This document shows, piece after piece, positions 48,299 to 61,247 of a stretch of 64,000 nt of DNA. Position numbers and translations under genes: made by a program. The notes beneath the pieces were generated by a model, which was not told where the DNA came from, did not search any database, and saw only the letters and a list, made by a program, of their open reading frames with translations. The number at the start of each line of letters is the position of its first letter. Positions within the stretch are counted from its first letter, which is position 1. The stretch is from NCBI GenBank assembly GCA_977017645.1, contig OZ360227.1:101184001-101248000 (forward strand). Direction: 5' to 3'. This stretch comes from Torpedo marmorata (lineage: Eukaryota).

Positions 48299-50979
48299 CG
48301 TGGGTCACCCATTTGCTGAACAACAAGGAAAGGTCTAATGAGTACATCTCCAAATATCCCATATACAAATGCATTCATTTGATTGCTGAATTAGATGCTC
48401 CATGCTACCAGACATCCCTCCCATAGGAAAGTCATCAGTGCAAGCATCTGTGGCATCATGGCAACCATGCTCCGGATGGGATCTCAATCTTTCTGCAAGC
48501 ACGTACAACTGGCCAGGATGGCAAACAATATGTGACACATTCTTTGCTGCAGTTTGCCAACAGTACCCAAGATCTATTATCTCCACCAAGCTGAGCGGAG
48601 CCTGGCCACTTCTGCTGCCTGGGGTACAGAATTGTCGCTGCTCTACCTGCCCCATCCACTGCTCGTGCTCATATGCAATATGTGAGTCACCAGGAGAAAC
48701 CCTAGTTGTTTTTCTTTCCCTAAGTGCAATATGTAAATCAAATACTCGACGTACACGAGTCCTGAGATATTACAGCCTCAGAAGGTATAGCCTTCTCCAA
48801 GCAGCCAGTGTTACTTGATATTTGAAAGCCCTATGGGAAATTAAAGATATGAATTTCAATGCCAAGGTAAGACTACTTTAATTGATAATAAGCAGATGAC
48901 TGTTTTCACTCACTGTTGAATCTTGCAAAATGGGTGAGTGCCAAATGCTAAGTGTATCTTCCATTCTCTTTCAATCTCCCGTGTCCAGTGCCTTGCTACT
49001 GTCCCAATGCGATATGAAATAAAAATACCAACCCTGTACATTGTATCCACCCCTGGATAGCAGGAAGGAGTACAGTATTGAAATTAGCTGTGAGCATTAT
49101 CTCTCTGAGAATATCATACAACTACCAACCCTGTCAAGAAGTATTGTAAAACTGTTACCACTGCACCTTTTGCCCCCTTATTAAAAGCTGAGGGTACAAC
49201 ATACTGGTTGTACAGTTACCTTGTCTCCACTTTCTGTCCAGTATAAAAGCAGAGGGGTCAAGACTGAGATATTAGCTATTATGATTAATTATTTGTTGAT
49301 GAGTTATCATTTCACAGAATTGTGACATTAGCAATTTATGATATCCTTTCAAAGTGCCTGTAATCTTTGCCATTAATGTTGTTACTGAATGCAAGACAAT
49401 ATAAACTTTATTGATAAGCATACCATTGTGTTAAAATGTTATGTGTCATTTGAAGCAATTAATGACAGAGAGTAAAGGTATCAACTGGTTCACAGTTTTA
49501 TCTTGTCTGCTTTAATCTAAGACCACAATTATGTAGCAATCAAAACCGCTATATTTATTGAGCAGCTTTCCATTGTAAGATGAATAGAATTTATTTTAAC
49601 TGAAATAAAATCTGATATATTATTTGCTTTCCCTTGCAAAGATTTAACTTCAAATTATATTTTTATTTCCCATTTTTATAAAAATCAATTTGAATGTTGA
49701 TTAAAACTAAGTTAAACCTGAGCTGCTAATACACTGAGTATCTTTCAAAGTCTTTTTACGTAGAATCAGCTTTTTTTGTTGTCTGTTAAAACATGGAAAT
49801 CCAATACCCTGAGGATTACTTTGCATGGCATTGACTTGGAAAAAAACAGGTATATAAGAAACTATAATCCAACTCAGACAGGATGTTGTTGTAAATTAGG
49901 TACAGAGCCAAGCATACAAGGAAATCATACTTACGTAATATGGTAGATTTTGATGTGAAAAAGGTCATTTTACAGAAATTTCCTCAATTGTACACAATAG
50001 CTACATGGATATAGTGATTTTAGTCAAAAGAATAAATTTTATGTTAAAGGGTTCATGTCATCACCAATGCACCCATGATTATAAAATAATACTGGTAATT
50101 GTGTCTACATAAGAGAGTTTAAAATGTTCTGGTTTGTGTATACACAATAATATCAATTTTGCAAAATCAGCTAAATCAAAGCATGAACCAATATTCAGAA
50201 GGGGAGTGAATTTTGAGAGATTCCTTCTCAGTAAAAGTCTTCGTGTAGCAAAAAAAAACACACACCAAGAAGGTTAGTGAGGTTTTAAAGCTGCTGCTTG
50301 CCAAATTCTGAAGGGCCACTGATTATGATTGAAGAACAGAACATCTTTCTTATATTTTTTTTAATTGAACTAAGACTGACGACTACTTTTTCTAGGTCAT
50401 GTGAATAATTTGCTTGTAACAAATGTTGAATGGTAATGTTTTAAACAGTGCTACTATCAGAAGTAAAAAACACAAAATGCTGGAGAAGCTCAGCAAGTCA
50501 AACAGTGTCCTTTATGTGGAAGTTCACCTTTGCTCTCTGCAACAACTACTGTTAGAAGCATGGGGCAGTAGAAAACACACTCTATGTAGGACGCACATTG
50601 AATGGACATCCAAGTTAATGGATGCTGCCTGTTCTGCCTGGCCTGCTGAGCATTTCCACTATATCAGCTTACATCTCAGGTTTCCTATTTCTGTGGTATT
50701 GTCTGGATCTGGGGACCACTGCTCATTCGAAAATACTCAGTGGTAGGTTCAGTTGATGCTTCCTGATGAAAATGTTGCTCATTTTCTATATATTTCTGGG
50801 CTATAGACCGACTGACTGACTGGCAGATCTTATAGTATAGAGGCCAAGGCTGTGGTAACCACCAAAATGAAGGAAACAGTTGGTTCGGCATAGACGTTAT
50901 CCACAGGTCAACCTGAAACAAATGAAATAGTTTACCCACAGCTTCTCAAGGACACTTCCTCCCATCCTGCCAACTCCCA

Positions 50980-51510
50980 GGTCACAATCCCCATCATCCC
51001 TGCACTAAAGATAAGATATTCCACTCTGAAATCTCTTCCTTCTTCCTGAACCATGGCTTCCCCTACCATAGTTGACAAAGCCCACCACTACATCTCACCA
51101 TTTCCCACAACTCTGTTCTCACCCCACCTCCTGCTGAATTGAGCAAGGGCAGATTTTGCCTGGTTCTCACTTTCTGCTCCACAAACCTTTGTATTCAAAA
51201 GATCATCCCTTGTAATTTCTGCCAACTCCTGAAAGATTCCGATCATCCAGATGACTTCACCTTGAAGCCTATTACCATAGCAACTGAGGTCTTGCCCTAT
51301 TGAAGATATTCCTTTTGTCCTATCCATTCATGAACCATCCTCTCTGCATCTCAAAACGAACATGTTTTTCCTCGTTCCAGGTTCTGCTGAAGGTCTTCGA
51401 CCTAAAACATTTACTTTCTTTCTCTTCCCATAGATGCTGCCTGATTGTATGTGTTTCCAGCACTTTATATATTATATTCCATATATCCAGCATTTACAGG
51501 TTTTGCGTTT
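50980..51510 (+). mobile_element. Very old Penelope remnant
   Basis: Decayed cacaatccccatc..ctctgaaatctcttccttcttcctgaaccatggcttcccc; terminal repeat with ctgctgaaggtcttcgacctaaaacat. Confidence 0.5.
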
Positions 51511-52699
51511 TCTCTGAGATTGGTCTGAGTTCATATGCCAAGCAGAAGTAATAACACCCAGAGGGATATTTTGTTTAATCATTCACAGTATGTGCATGTA
51601 GCTATTTAATAACCATTCCTAGTGCCCATGAATAGAGGAAGCCAACAACATTGTTGAGTCTGGAGTCACATCAAGGCCAATTCAGGAAGGTAGGTTTACT
51701 TCCCTAACACACATCAGTGAACCAGATGAGTTTTTCTACAATGGTATTTTCATGGTTCCCATTCTTTATTCTAATGTACCAGCTTTATTTTGCTTTCTGA
51801 GCTGCCATGATGGCGTACAAACTTGTGTCTCACGATCAGTGCTCCAGAGCTCTGGCTACTTAACCACTCCAGCATCTCTCGTGGCTCATTCTCCTGAATT
51901 TGGCAGCCCCACAGAAGTGTATTGTCCTGACCTAAATCACTAAGCTCCAACGATAGGGCTGTGTCACCTCATTAAACCAACCAATCATCAATTTATTTAT
52001 CATTTTCCTGCACAGATTGTTGCAATATTTAATGTGTAGAAAATTATCAAGGGTCTCTGACTTCTTCCTAAAGGTGTCTTGCAGAGAACTAAATATCACA
52101 GCAAGTAAAATAAGGAGTAGGAAGGCCCTGTTTATGAACATCACACCATTGATTCCACACCCAGAACAAATGACTTTTTCTGATAGAAGTTTGGAAGCAG
52201 CTTCCAATGAATTAGAATATGCATTACATCTGTGTGTCAATGCCAAAGTATCTCATTACTTATAGAGTGTGTCAGCAGATGAAAAGGAATTGTTTGGACC
52301 TCAGAAATTTTGCCAAGGTAAATGTATTCATAATATGTCTGCTTTTGATATATTGCCTTTCAAAGAATGCCAACAATAGTTCAATTCCATCTTGGTGTGA
52401 CACCAGAGAAGTAACATTCACAGCACTTGGCAACTAAGCATCTGATTGGCAAATCTCCTTGTTGCTGCAGGGTTCACTTTGTTGTCCTTAGATAACTACA
52501 TTTCCATTGCTACATGAATCTTGCAAGCTAGGACTTCCCAACATTTTGCCAAGGTAAACCACTTGCCCATTGTATGTTTATGGACTCAAGAACAACACTA
52601 AATCTTAAACATGGAAATAGTGCACATCGGGGTAGACAAACACTCAGCCTTAGGCTTAAAACCATCCTTTGATTTAATTTGTCCTGGTCCTACTACGTT

Positions 52700-53260
52700 G
52701 ACGCTATGGCCAAGAAAGCCTCAGAAGGTTAAGGACATTCGGTATATCCTCAATGTCCCTCACCAACACTGTGGAAAATATCCTTTCCAAATGCATCACT
52801 GCTTAGAATGGGAACTGCTCTGCTCAAAACCACAAGAAATTGCACAGTTTTGAACACCGCTCCTCCATTCCATCTACTCTATCTACACTTCCCACAGCCT
52901 CAAAAAAGCTGCCAACTTAATAAAAATACCCATCCCACCCTGGTCACCCTCTCACCTCCCTTCTCCCATTGGGCAGGAGATACACAGTGAGAAAACACGT
53001 ACCCCCCACAAGGACAGCTTCTTCCCACTGTTATCAGATTCTTGAACAAACTTCCATTAGGTAAAAGATAACTAGGTTTTGTTCTTACCAAATTTCCCCA
53101 ATGTGAAACTTGCACTGTTTTAACTACATTTTTCTCTGTGGCACTTTGTAACACTATATTTTGCACTCTTGTTTTATTTTGTACTCAAGTATGAATTGAC
53201 TTGCACACAAACCAAAGTTTTTCACTTATCTATACATAGCAATAATGAATAATTCAATTC
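52700..53260 (+). mobile_element. Old Rex1-type LINE 3' remnant
   Basis: caaggacagcttcttcccactgttatcagattcttgaac resembles the other Rex1 3' ends in the window. Confidence 0.6.
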
Positions 53261-53429
53261 CATTTGCTATCTGTTCACCATTTCCCTGCGACAAGTACAT
53301 AATAACACAAGCCTCATGTTATGCATTGGAGGAGAAAGCCCTTGGTCAACCACAGCTGAGTGGAAGTGAGTTAAACTGCTGCTGGACAGCATTGCCCAGG
53401 GTTACTTCAGTGTGAGTGCTCACAGACGA

Positions 53430-53722
53430 CTCTCAAAGTAGAGGGCACAGGTTTAAGGTGAGAGTGGAGTGATTTAAGAGAGACCTGAGTGGCAACGTTT
53501 TCACTCAGAGGATGGTTCATATCTGGAATGAGCTGCCAGAGGAAGCTATAAAACCAGGTACAATTACAATGTTCAAAGGATATTGGGTGAAATATATGGA
53601 TAGGAAGGGTCCAGTAGGATATGGACCTCATGCAGTCACATAGGACAGACCCAGAATGCCAGCATGGTCAGCAAGGATGTTGGGCTGAAGGGCCTGTTTA
53701 GTTCTCTATGGATCTATTCAGA
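53430..53722 (+). mobile_element. CR1 LINE 3' end
   Basis: agagggcacaggtttaaggtgag...ttcactcagagg...tggaatgagctgccagagg...gggctgaagggcctgttt. Confidence 0.8.
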
Positions 53723-56700
53723 TGTTAAGCCATGTATTCTAACCATCTTGAGCTTTCTTGTAAGTACAAGTTTGAGATTTCAGCTTCAGCCGAGTATTTG
53801 GAAAGATTACCAGAGCACCTGCACAGTCCATTTCCCATCGTGCTACAAGCCTACCCAAACGAGCTTCCAAATGCCTCCAGAACCTGTCATAGGAGCGGTT
53901 CCACTGACCAAAGAGAGATTGGGAAAGAAAGGGAGAGATCCTCTGGCTCATTAAATAAAATCAAACATATTCATCTTATAATGTCATTCTGTAAAGTAAC
54001 AAAGGACAATTTTAATATTACTTCTATTTTCTTCTGGTGCATCATCGGTGCACATTGATATGTCAATAGTTGAATGTATTATTTATTTTTAATACATTTA
54101 TTCATATTTTATTATTATAAATAGATTTAGCATTTTATAGGATTTCAGCCTTAATATCAGCAAAATTAGCAATTCACAATGCTGTGTCACATTTGAAGCT
54201 CAAAAATAATTCAATTATATCTGCAGACAATTCATTTTAATTAGTAAGACTATTTCTTCAAATGTCAATTGCATTTGTTTTCCATGGTGAAGCTGATGCA
54301 GGGCAAGTTGGATTATGTCATGTAAAGGTCAAACATATCTGAAAGCTTCACAATAGGCCTGAGTACATCAGGAATATTTCCTTAACCCTGCAGGATTATT
54401 CAGAACACAGCCTCCTACACAAAGCCAATAAGATGGGACAAAGGAACCAAATAAACTTGAAAGAGGCAGTGATTTTTGATTGAACTGTTTAATTTAACCA
54501 TAATTATATATTGATTGCAATTAACTGAGCAGTTCCTGAAATGGCTGCTATTCCCTATCAAATGAGTCACGTGTTGTGTAAGAGACTCCTCAAAACTGGT
54601 ATCAGAGAAACGCAGGATGTACCTTCTGTGTGATGGAATATTTATAACTACACACGGAATAAGCTGTGTTTTCAACCACTGTTCTCTTTTGCTCCTGTTG
54701 AAAGCAGATCTTTTATTGTGTGACTGGTGTTATATTTAGGGATTACCGTATTTAATTATTCATTTCAGTCCTTAATGTTGGTCACTTTTGCTGTGAATCT
54801 GTTCTTGAAATTTATGTGATGGCCAGGGCCTCGCTAACTACGTTACCACTTTCGACTTGCTGTGTTAGTCATTGTACATTTGCTACTTCTCACAGTGGAA
54901 GAGGTGGAAATGATCAACTCCTTAAAACATTTGGCAGCCATAGGATTCAGAATCTCAGCCCACACTGATGTCACCGGCCAGTATTAAATAAACAACTTTG
55001 CCAATCAAGGAAGTTATTAAACTATTGAAATGTTGAATTGTGTCAACTCTGAGAATATTAGAAAACATCAGCAGATCCACGGTAACATGAGGGCAGTTAA
55101 AGATGCACTTATAGAGCCAGGTAAACTTAAAATGGGTATTAACAAACTCCTTACTGTAGAAATTTGTCCTTGGTCACTGGTACAAATTTAGGTTGAGATT
55201 ATTGACCACCCACTGACTTCCTCTCTTGACAAATGGAATTAAATATCAAGAAGGGAATGTAACTGGCAGCCGAGAATTCATTTTGTGTCCAAAAGCAGGT
55301 TTCTCCTGCCTTTATGGTAGGCTTGAGCATTAACACATCTATTTGACATGTGGAAGAGGCCATTCATTAATGTAACCAGCATAAAGAAGCCCCTTGGAAA
55401 GTAAGAGTGTTAGTTTTAATTGAAAGGCATTTTTTAATCAAAATGCCGACTGTTTCTATTACTGCTGATGATAGCTCTGAGCTTACTGCAGTGTGTCTAA
55501 GGATTGTGATAACTATTAAAGTGTTGTGAATTCATGTCTCTGGTGTACAGGGCGCACAGCTAATCAGAGCACGTGCTTAGTTCTAACTATAATATATATT
55601 CTCGTAAGAGTTGTTCATCTGTGCTATGTTGCTTTGAAACATAACAGAACACTAAACACAGCCAATGCAAGGGACATTTGGCCTTATTCCTTTCACCATG
55701 AGAGAAAGAGAATGAAGGAGCAAGCCAACGGAAGACTGAACTGCTTGTCCTGTCAGAGCAGGGTAACCATTTTACAGAGGAGCCCATAATAAAAGCAGTT
55801 TAATTGCTTAGTACAGTCACCACTAAAATGATCCATGGATGAGACGTCAGAGTACTCAAGAGCCACTAGACACACATTTCTTTTCTATAGCTTAATGCTG
55901 ACAGATCTGGCAGAAAAACAGCACAGCCAGTTGGAGGCTGAGCTAGGACTCAACTCCTTTAATCACTGCACATAAGCCGCAGTTTACATTAAAATCTCTG
56001 CACTAGTCATTATTTTGTACACTACCAGTGCTAATTGTCCAATAAATGAGATTTAAAGCCTCAGCAAGCTTGCATAAGTATAAATTTTACCAAAGAACAT
56101 CAAAAGTAACATGTATAAAATGATCATTACACATCTTACAATAAATCCAAGCAAGGACATTATTAACCACCTATGCTTTGTGGACTGACAACCAGGTATA
56201 CTTTATGGTTTGATCAAAAAAGACGGTGTTTGGTTCCAAAGGGGTCATAATGCAAGCTCTGCTCTTGTGCTGTCCCTGCTGTTGGCTGTGAGAAGCACTG
56301 GATCGCACATCAATCGATGTATGCTGGTCTGGTTCCTCATAGCCAATTCTGTGGCTGTTTTGGGATTTTGCTGATAAAATTGTTTGTACTTTTTAAAGTC
56401 AGAATTTGAAAGCATACATCAGTAGTTAATACAAGAAATTTCTATCTGAATGTGTCTAAAAAGAAATAGTCCAGAAGATAGTGGCAGAAATGTGAATACA
56501 TTTTATTTAAGAAAGATATATTCTCACCATTAAAATGTGCAGGTCCACATGGGTTATTTTGGAACAAGTTCAACAAATTTATAGTTCCTTTACTGTCTTC
56601 AGCAGGGACTCGCTCAAATTTGTTTCAAAAATGTAGCCCAGTCGTTTCATTTCGCTCATAATAATAATAAACAAAGTTCTACGTGGGTAAGCAGACAATC

Positions 56701-57854
56701 AAACTCTTTGATCACAAATCTCTGTCCAAAGATTTTTCCCTCTTATTATCAGACATGAACTGGATTATCATTCCTCACTCTCCTTTGGCATTTGATACAT
56801 TTAAGTGCAGCAAGAAACCCTTGACAATAGCACTCTGGGTAATTGTGGATTTCATTGGGTAATCTGATGGAAAAGGGTCTTGCTACAGTTCAGAACCTGG
56901 CTGCTTCAGCTATAAAAGGGAACAACATTATTGAGATGGTGCTGGAAAAGAGATTCCTGCTCACTAAAAGGGATACAATGCTTCTCATAAATCTTCTTTA
57001 ATTCTGTTTAATCCCTAAATTGACTCATCCCTTATATTAATGACCCAAAACTGCTATTTGTCACAGTTCTGCGTTCAAAGGGAAACCAAAGTATTTATAA
57101 ACAATTTCATATGCAGAGTTGTAATTGTAGCTGACAACCAGATGTCTGCCTTGTCACCCATCCAGAGTTAACTCAGTAAGTACCACAGACCTAGACAACT
57201 AGAGCAAAAGGTCCTGCATCCAGTCTGAGTAAATTATATACAGACAAAGAAAAACATAACAAATCACAGATGGAAAACATCCAGCAGTGACAAGATGCCC
57301 TCCAAACTCTTTAAGTTCAATTTTGAAAGTGTTCCAGGGATGGTTTCAATGATAGACCTTTCCAATTGTATTTTAGTTATTATAGCACAATAATGGTACT
57401 GGCCTGGTGTCATACAATAGTTGAAGGAATGCATAATTTCTTGGAACAAAAAGGTAAAACAGCAGACTTTTGCTTCACAGTCCAGGTCAGTATTTCCTTG
57501 GAGAAATAGAGCTTAATTCATTATCAGCCATTCTCTCTCCCCATTGTTACCACGGCATTTACAGGTCACTCATTCTTTGGGGTTACGTGTTAAGCTTACA
57601 GAAATATAAAATGGATAGGATGTGTTATTTTCGATATCTTTATAGCAAGATGAATAGCCTCAGCAGTGTCTCAGTTTCTCTAGTCCGCTGCTTACTTTGA
57701 GATTGGGAATTAAGTGCAAAACTATGCAAGATTTGACATAAAACAGATCACCTGATAGGTCATCATCTTCATGGTCGACTTCATGGTGACCTTCCGAAGC
57801 AAGCTAGTGAAGGGACATGTCCACTTTGATGGCCTGGTTTGTACATAGAGATAT

Positions 57855-58180
57855 GGATTGGGAACAGTAGTGGGCAACTCAGCCCCTTGAGCATGCTTTG
57901 CGTTCAGTGAGAATGCAACTCCACACTCCCGCCTACCCTGGATAACCTTTCACTCCAACTTGTGTGCTGTGTTTAACCACCTCTACCTTACAAATGTTTA
58001 AAAGCTCTGCTTCCACTGCCTTTTGAGGTAAAGATTTCGTATGAGAGGGAGAATTGTGCTTTAAGGGATGACCCCATACTTTTAAACAGTGACCCAAATG
58101 TCTAGATTCTTCTACAAGGTGAAACAACTTCTCTTGATCCACCCTGTTAAGGCCTCTCAGGGTTTTATATGTTCAGTGGG
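57855..58180 (-). mobile_element. Old CR1 3' fragment
   Basis: Minus-strand DQEKLFHLVEESRHLGHCLKVWG...SLPQKAVEA. Confidence 0.65.
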
Positions 58181-59929
58181 CATAATGTGCAGTGCATAAT
58201 GTGGTGTGCAGATCACATACTGTCCACTTGGAATCACGGAATGATTAATGAACAGATACAGCAGTGAAAATATCAAAATTGTTTGAAAAGAAGAAGTAAA
58301 GTTAAGTGAACAGATAATATTTTACCACAGATGATATTAACCTGCTTTTGCATTAGTTTTTTGTGCAAGCTCACTTTAACAATTTTTTTCTGGCCTAGCA
58401 GAGTTTAACAGTTGGTTACTGCCCAAAATATTTGATTACAGCAAACAAACAAAGAATTGTCTGGAATAACATGGAAACTCCTGCTATTTAAATAACACAC
58501 ATTCCCCACACTTCCCTTTCACACTCTGGGGGAAAGTTCCACTGGACTGCTCCTATTCATCCTTTAACTTATCAACAGGGAAATGATGCTGGATAATTCT
58601 TTGGCCTCCCATAAAAAAATTTTGGCATGATTATCTGAGGTCTAGTAATATTTCATGCAGTATCATAATAAAATGGCTGACACGCTGCCAGTACTTCTGT
58701 GGCATTGTAAACATGAAGCACACTAGTTAAATTTTACGAAGTGTTAAAACAGTCAAATAAAAAGAAAGAATGCAACCCCACAAAATTTACTATCCTAACT
58801 AATGCTGAAAATAACAGGCTGTCCAAACTACAATAAAACCAACTTAGCATGGATTAGGCAGTAAAGCAAAATCAAGCATGTGGATAGAATAAAATTATAC
58901 AAGCAGTATAGTGGTAGGATATTATACAGTAGGGTTTATTTGGGAAGAAGGGGAAGCATTCAGTTAAGGCAAAGCAAATCCAGTGATCATTGCTTGTTTT
59001 ATGGCCAAGCTCATCTCAAACTAATGTGGAAAACTGATTCTTTTCTTCTATGCTCCAGTGAACAAAAAGATATTTAATCTTTTGCCCACTAGGTAGTGCT
59101 ACAAGTCTAGGAATATCCACTGAACAATTATATCAGCCTAGCTGTGACCAACAGCCTCATTCCCCTGTCACATCAGAGCAATGTTGGTATTGACCACTTG
59201 AATAGTCCAAAAATTTACAGAGTTTGTAGGTTAATTAGTGTATTTTGGCTCGTGGGCCGGAAGGGCCTGATACTGAGCTATATGTCTAATTTTTTTTTAA
59301 ACTTAGGAATCTGGAGCTGCACCTGTGGCATAGCTTTGATCCTGAGTAAGATAGTGAGGATGCTAACATGGTGACTCTGTCATTGTTTACACAAGTAGCA
59401 AGGAGAGAATTCCAGAAACAAAAATATTCCTATTACATATGTCGTATTTAAATCTAATTCTGCTAATAACTATTCCTATAGGAAAAGGCTTCCTCATAAA
59501 ATTTGACTTAATGAGTGCATCTGTATTTTCCAAGATTGAGAAACTGTCAGATCACATTATATTGAGCCCAGGTGCTACTTTTATAGAAATAGATGCACCA
59601 TGAGCTCATGGCAACCTGACAATGATCCAATGGTGCTGAAAGGTTGACTCTGCCCTATCTACCTTTTCAATTGACGCAACCTGGAACCTAGAATGATGAT
59701 CGAAGTACCCCAACGCCTGTCACATCTTCCCATAAACCTATAAAATGTTACTTTCCATAATTTATTAGAGTGGCTACTTACAAAAATCTAAACATAAATA
59801 GTAAATAGGTCATAAAGTGAACATAATATTCAAATAATACAATAAATAGCAAACGAGATTTGATTAACAGGACTGGTCTTGAGGAATAACAATACAGTGT
59901 AGATTTTTCGTTGCTTATCATTAATCAGC

Positions 59930-60800
59930 CATTCGCCACAGCGGAGTTAAACCACAGTATGGTTCCCGGGGTACACACAGTACAATGGAAGCTTTGTCAT
60001 AAAGCCTGAAACAGGAAGTATCCGAAAGGCGGGGGTCAAACGGCACCAGTGGCGACAGTGAGCTGAGCAATTGGAGAAGAGCTTGTGATATTTGCTGAGT
60101 TACTGACCTGGGGCCTGGTGCCATTTGGGCAATTGCGCCAGTGCCTGCAACCAGAGCGGGTCCCCAGTGTCCCGAGTGGACGCCAGGTGATCAGGCTCAA
60201 TGCTGCCTGGTCTCAGACATGGCTGCAGCGCAGGCACAGGTGAGAGGCGGCAGAAGTGAAGTTGACAGCACGGAAAGAGGAGGGAGGACACCGGCAAGAC
60301 ATGCAGGCTGGCAATGTTCAGCAGACTCGCTTTCAATGAGCTGGATTACCGAGGTACCATCGCCCGTCAACGAGAAGGCTATTATATTTTTATTTGTCGT
60401 TTTGTGCTCATTTGGACACCTGCGCATCCAAGATTGAGCTTTGTGCGCCCTATCGCACGGACTGTACAACAGGTGAGATTCGGCTACCAGTGACCCTTTC
60501 AGAATTCCATCTTTTAGGTCAAAGACTCTCAGTTTTCTGCATCCTTGGATGTTGTTCCCCAAACCAAAATGTGTGTCAATTCTCCGCCTACCCACTAGAT
60601 GGAAGAGTTGCGTCTTCCATCGCCTGTGACGATGAGAATGTGGCCAACACCAGGCAGGGGCGGGGGAGAATGTTTGCCCGGGTCCGAGGAGGAAAGGAAG
60701 CGTTGACACACTTTGGAAACTTTCACAGGGAAGAAAACATTTCCGAAAATCATCTAAATGCTACGTGTGGAAAGTTGACGGACAATCAAACACATTTAAA
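59930..60800 (+). promoter_or_regulatory. CpG-enriched probable promoter and first exon of a host gene
   Basis: Local CpG enrichment in unique sequence; ETS CAGGAAGT (~60013); GC boxes (~60028, ~60657); gacATGG MAAAQAQ|GTGAGA (60219-60239); second donor CAG|GTGAGA at 60472/3. Confidence 0.5.
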
Positions 60801-60991
60801 CGTACTGCTTTTACCGAAGGGGTGAAGTTGTCATCTCCAGAGAAACAATATTCTTTCCACTTTGCACAGGCAGTGAAAATAGAAAAATAACATTGAAAAA
60901 AAGACATGGCGTGTATCTGCACATGTCATAGGAATTCTGTGAATGCTCCTGGCACCGTCGTGTCATTAAAAACGGAGCCTTAATTATTACA

Positions 60992-61247
60992 AAGTAAAAC
61001 TCGAAAATCTGTAGACACCGTGGTTGAAGTAAAAAAACACAAATGCTGGAGAAATTCAGCAGGTCAAACAGTGTCTTTTATGTAGCAAAGGTAGAAATAC
61101 ATAACCAAGGTTCGGACGCCTGCCGGCACTTTCTCATACTTTGATGAAGGGCTCAAGCCCGAAACGTCGGTTATGTATTTCTACCTTTGCTACATAAAAG
61201 ACACTGTTTGACCTGCTGAGTTTCTCCAGCATTTGTGTTTTTTACTT
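60992..61247 (+). mobile_element. Fold-back Penelope mini-element
   Basis: ~80-bp inverted arms (~61028-61107 and 61169-61247); flanking direct repeat CTTAATTATTACA (60979-60991, 61245-61257). Confidence 0.85.
61135..61175 (+). ncRNA. Minimal type I hammerhead ribozyme motif
   Basis: CATACT-TTGATGA-A-GGGC(TCAA)GCCC-GAAA-CGTC-GGTTATG: core boxes, stem II, GUC site, stem I with one bulge. Confidence 0.68.

Noticed and set aside
48335-48818. Overlapping ORFs right of the hAT element as further ZNHIT3 exons
   Set aside because: No CSxxCxxxH continuation seen; probably an old repeat that I cannot classify
52017-52437. Possible coding exon
   Set aside because: No identifiable motif and weak splice support
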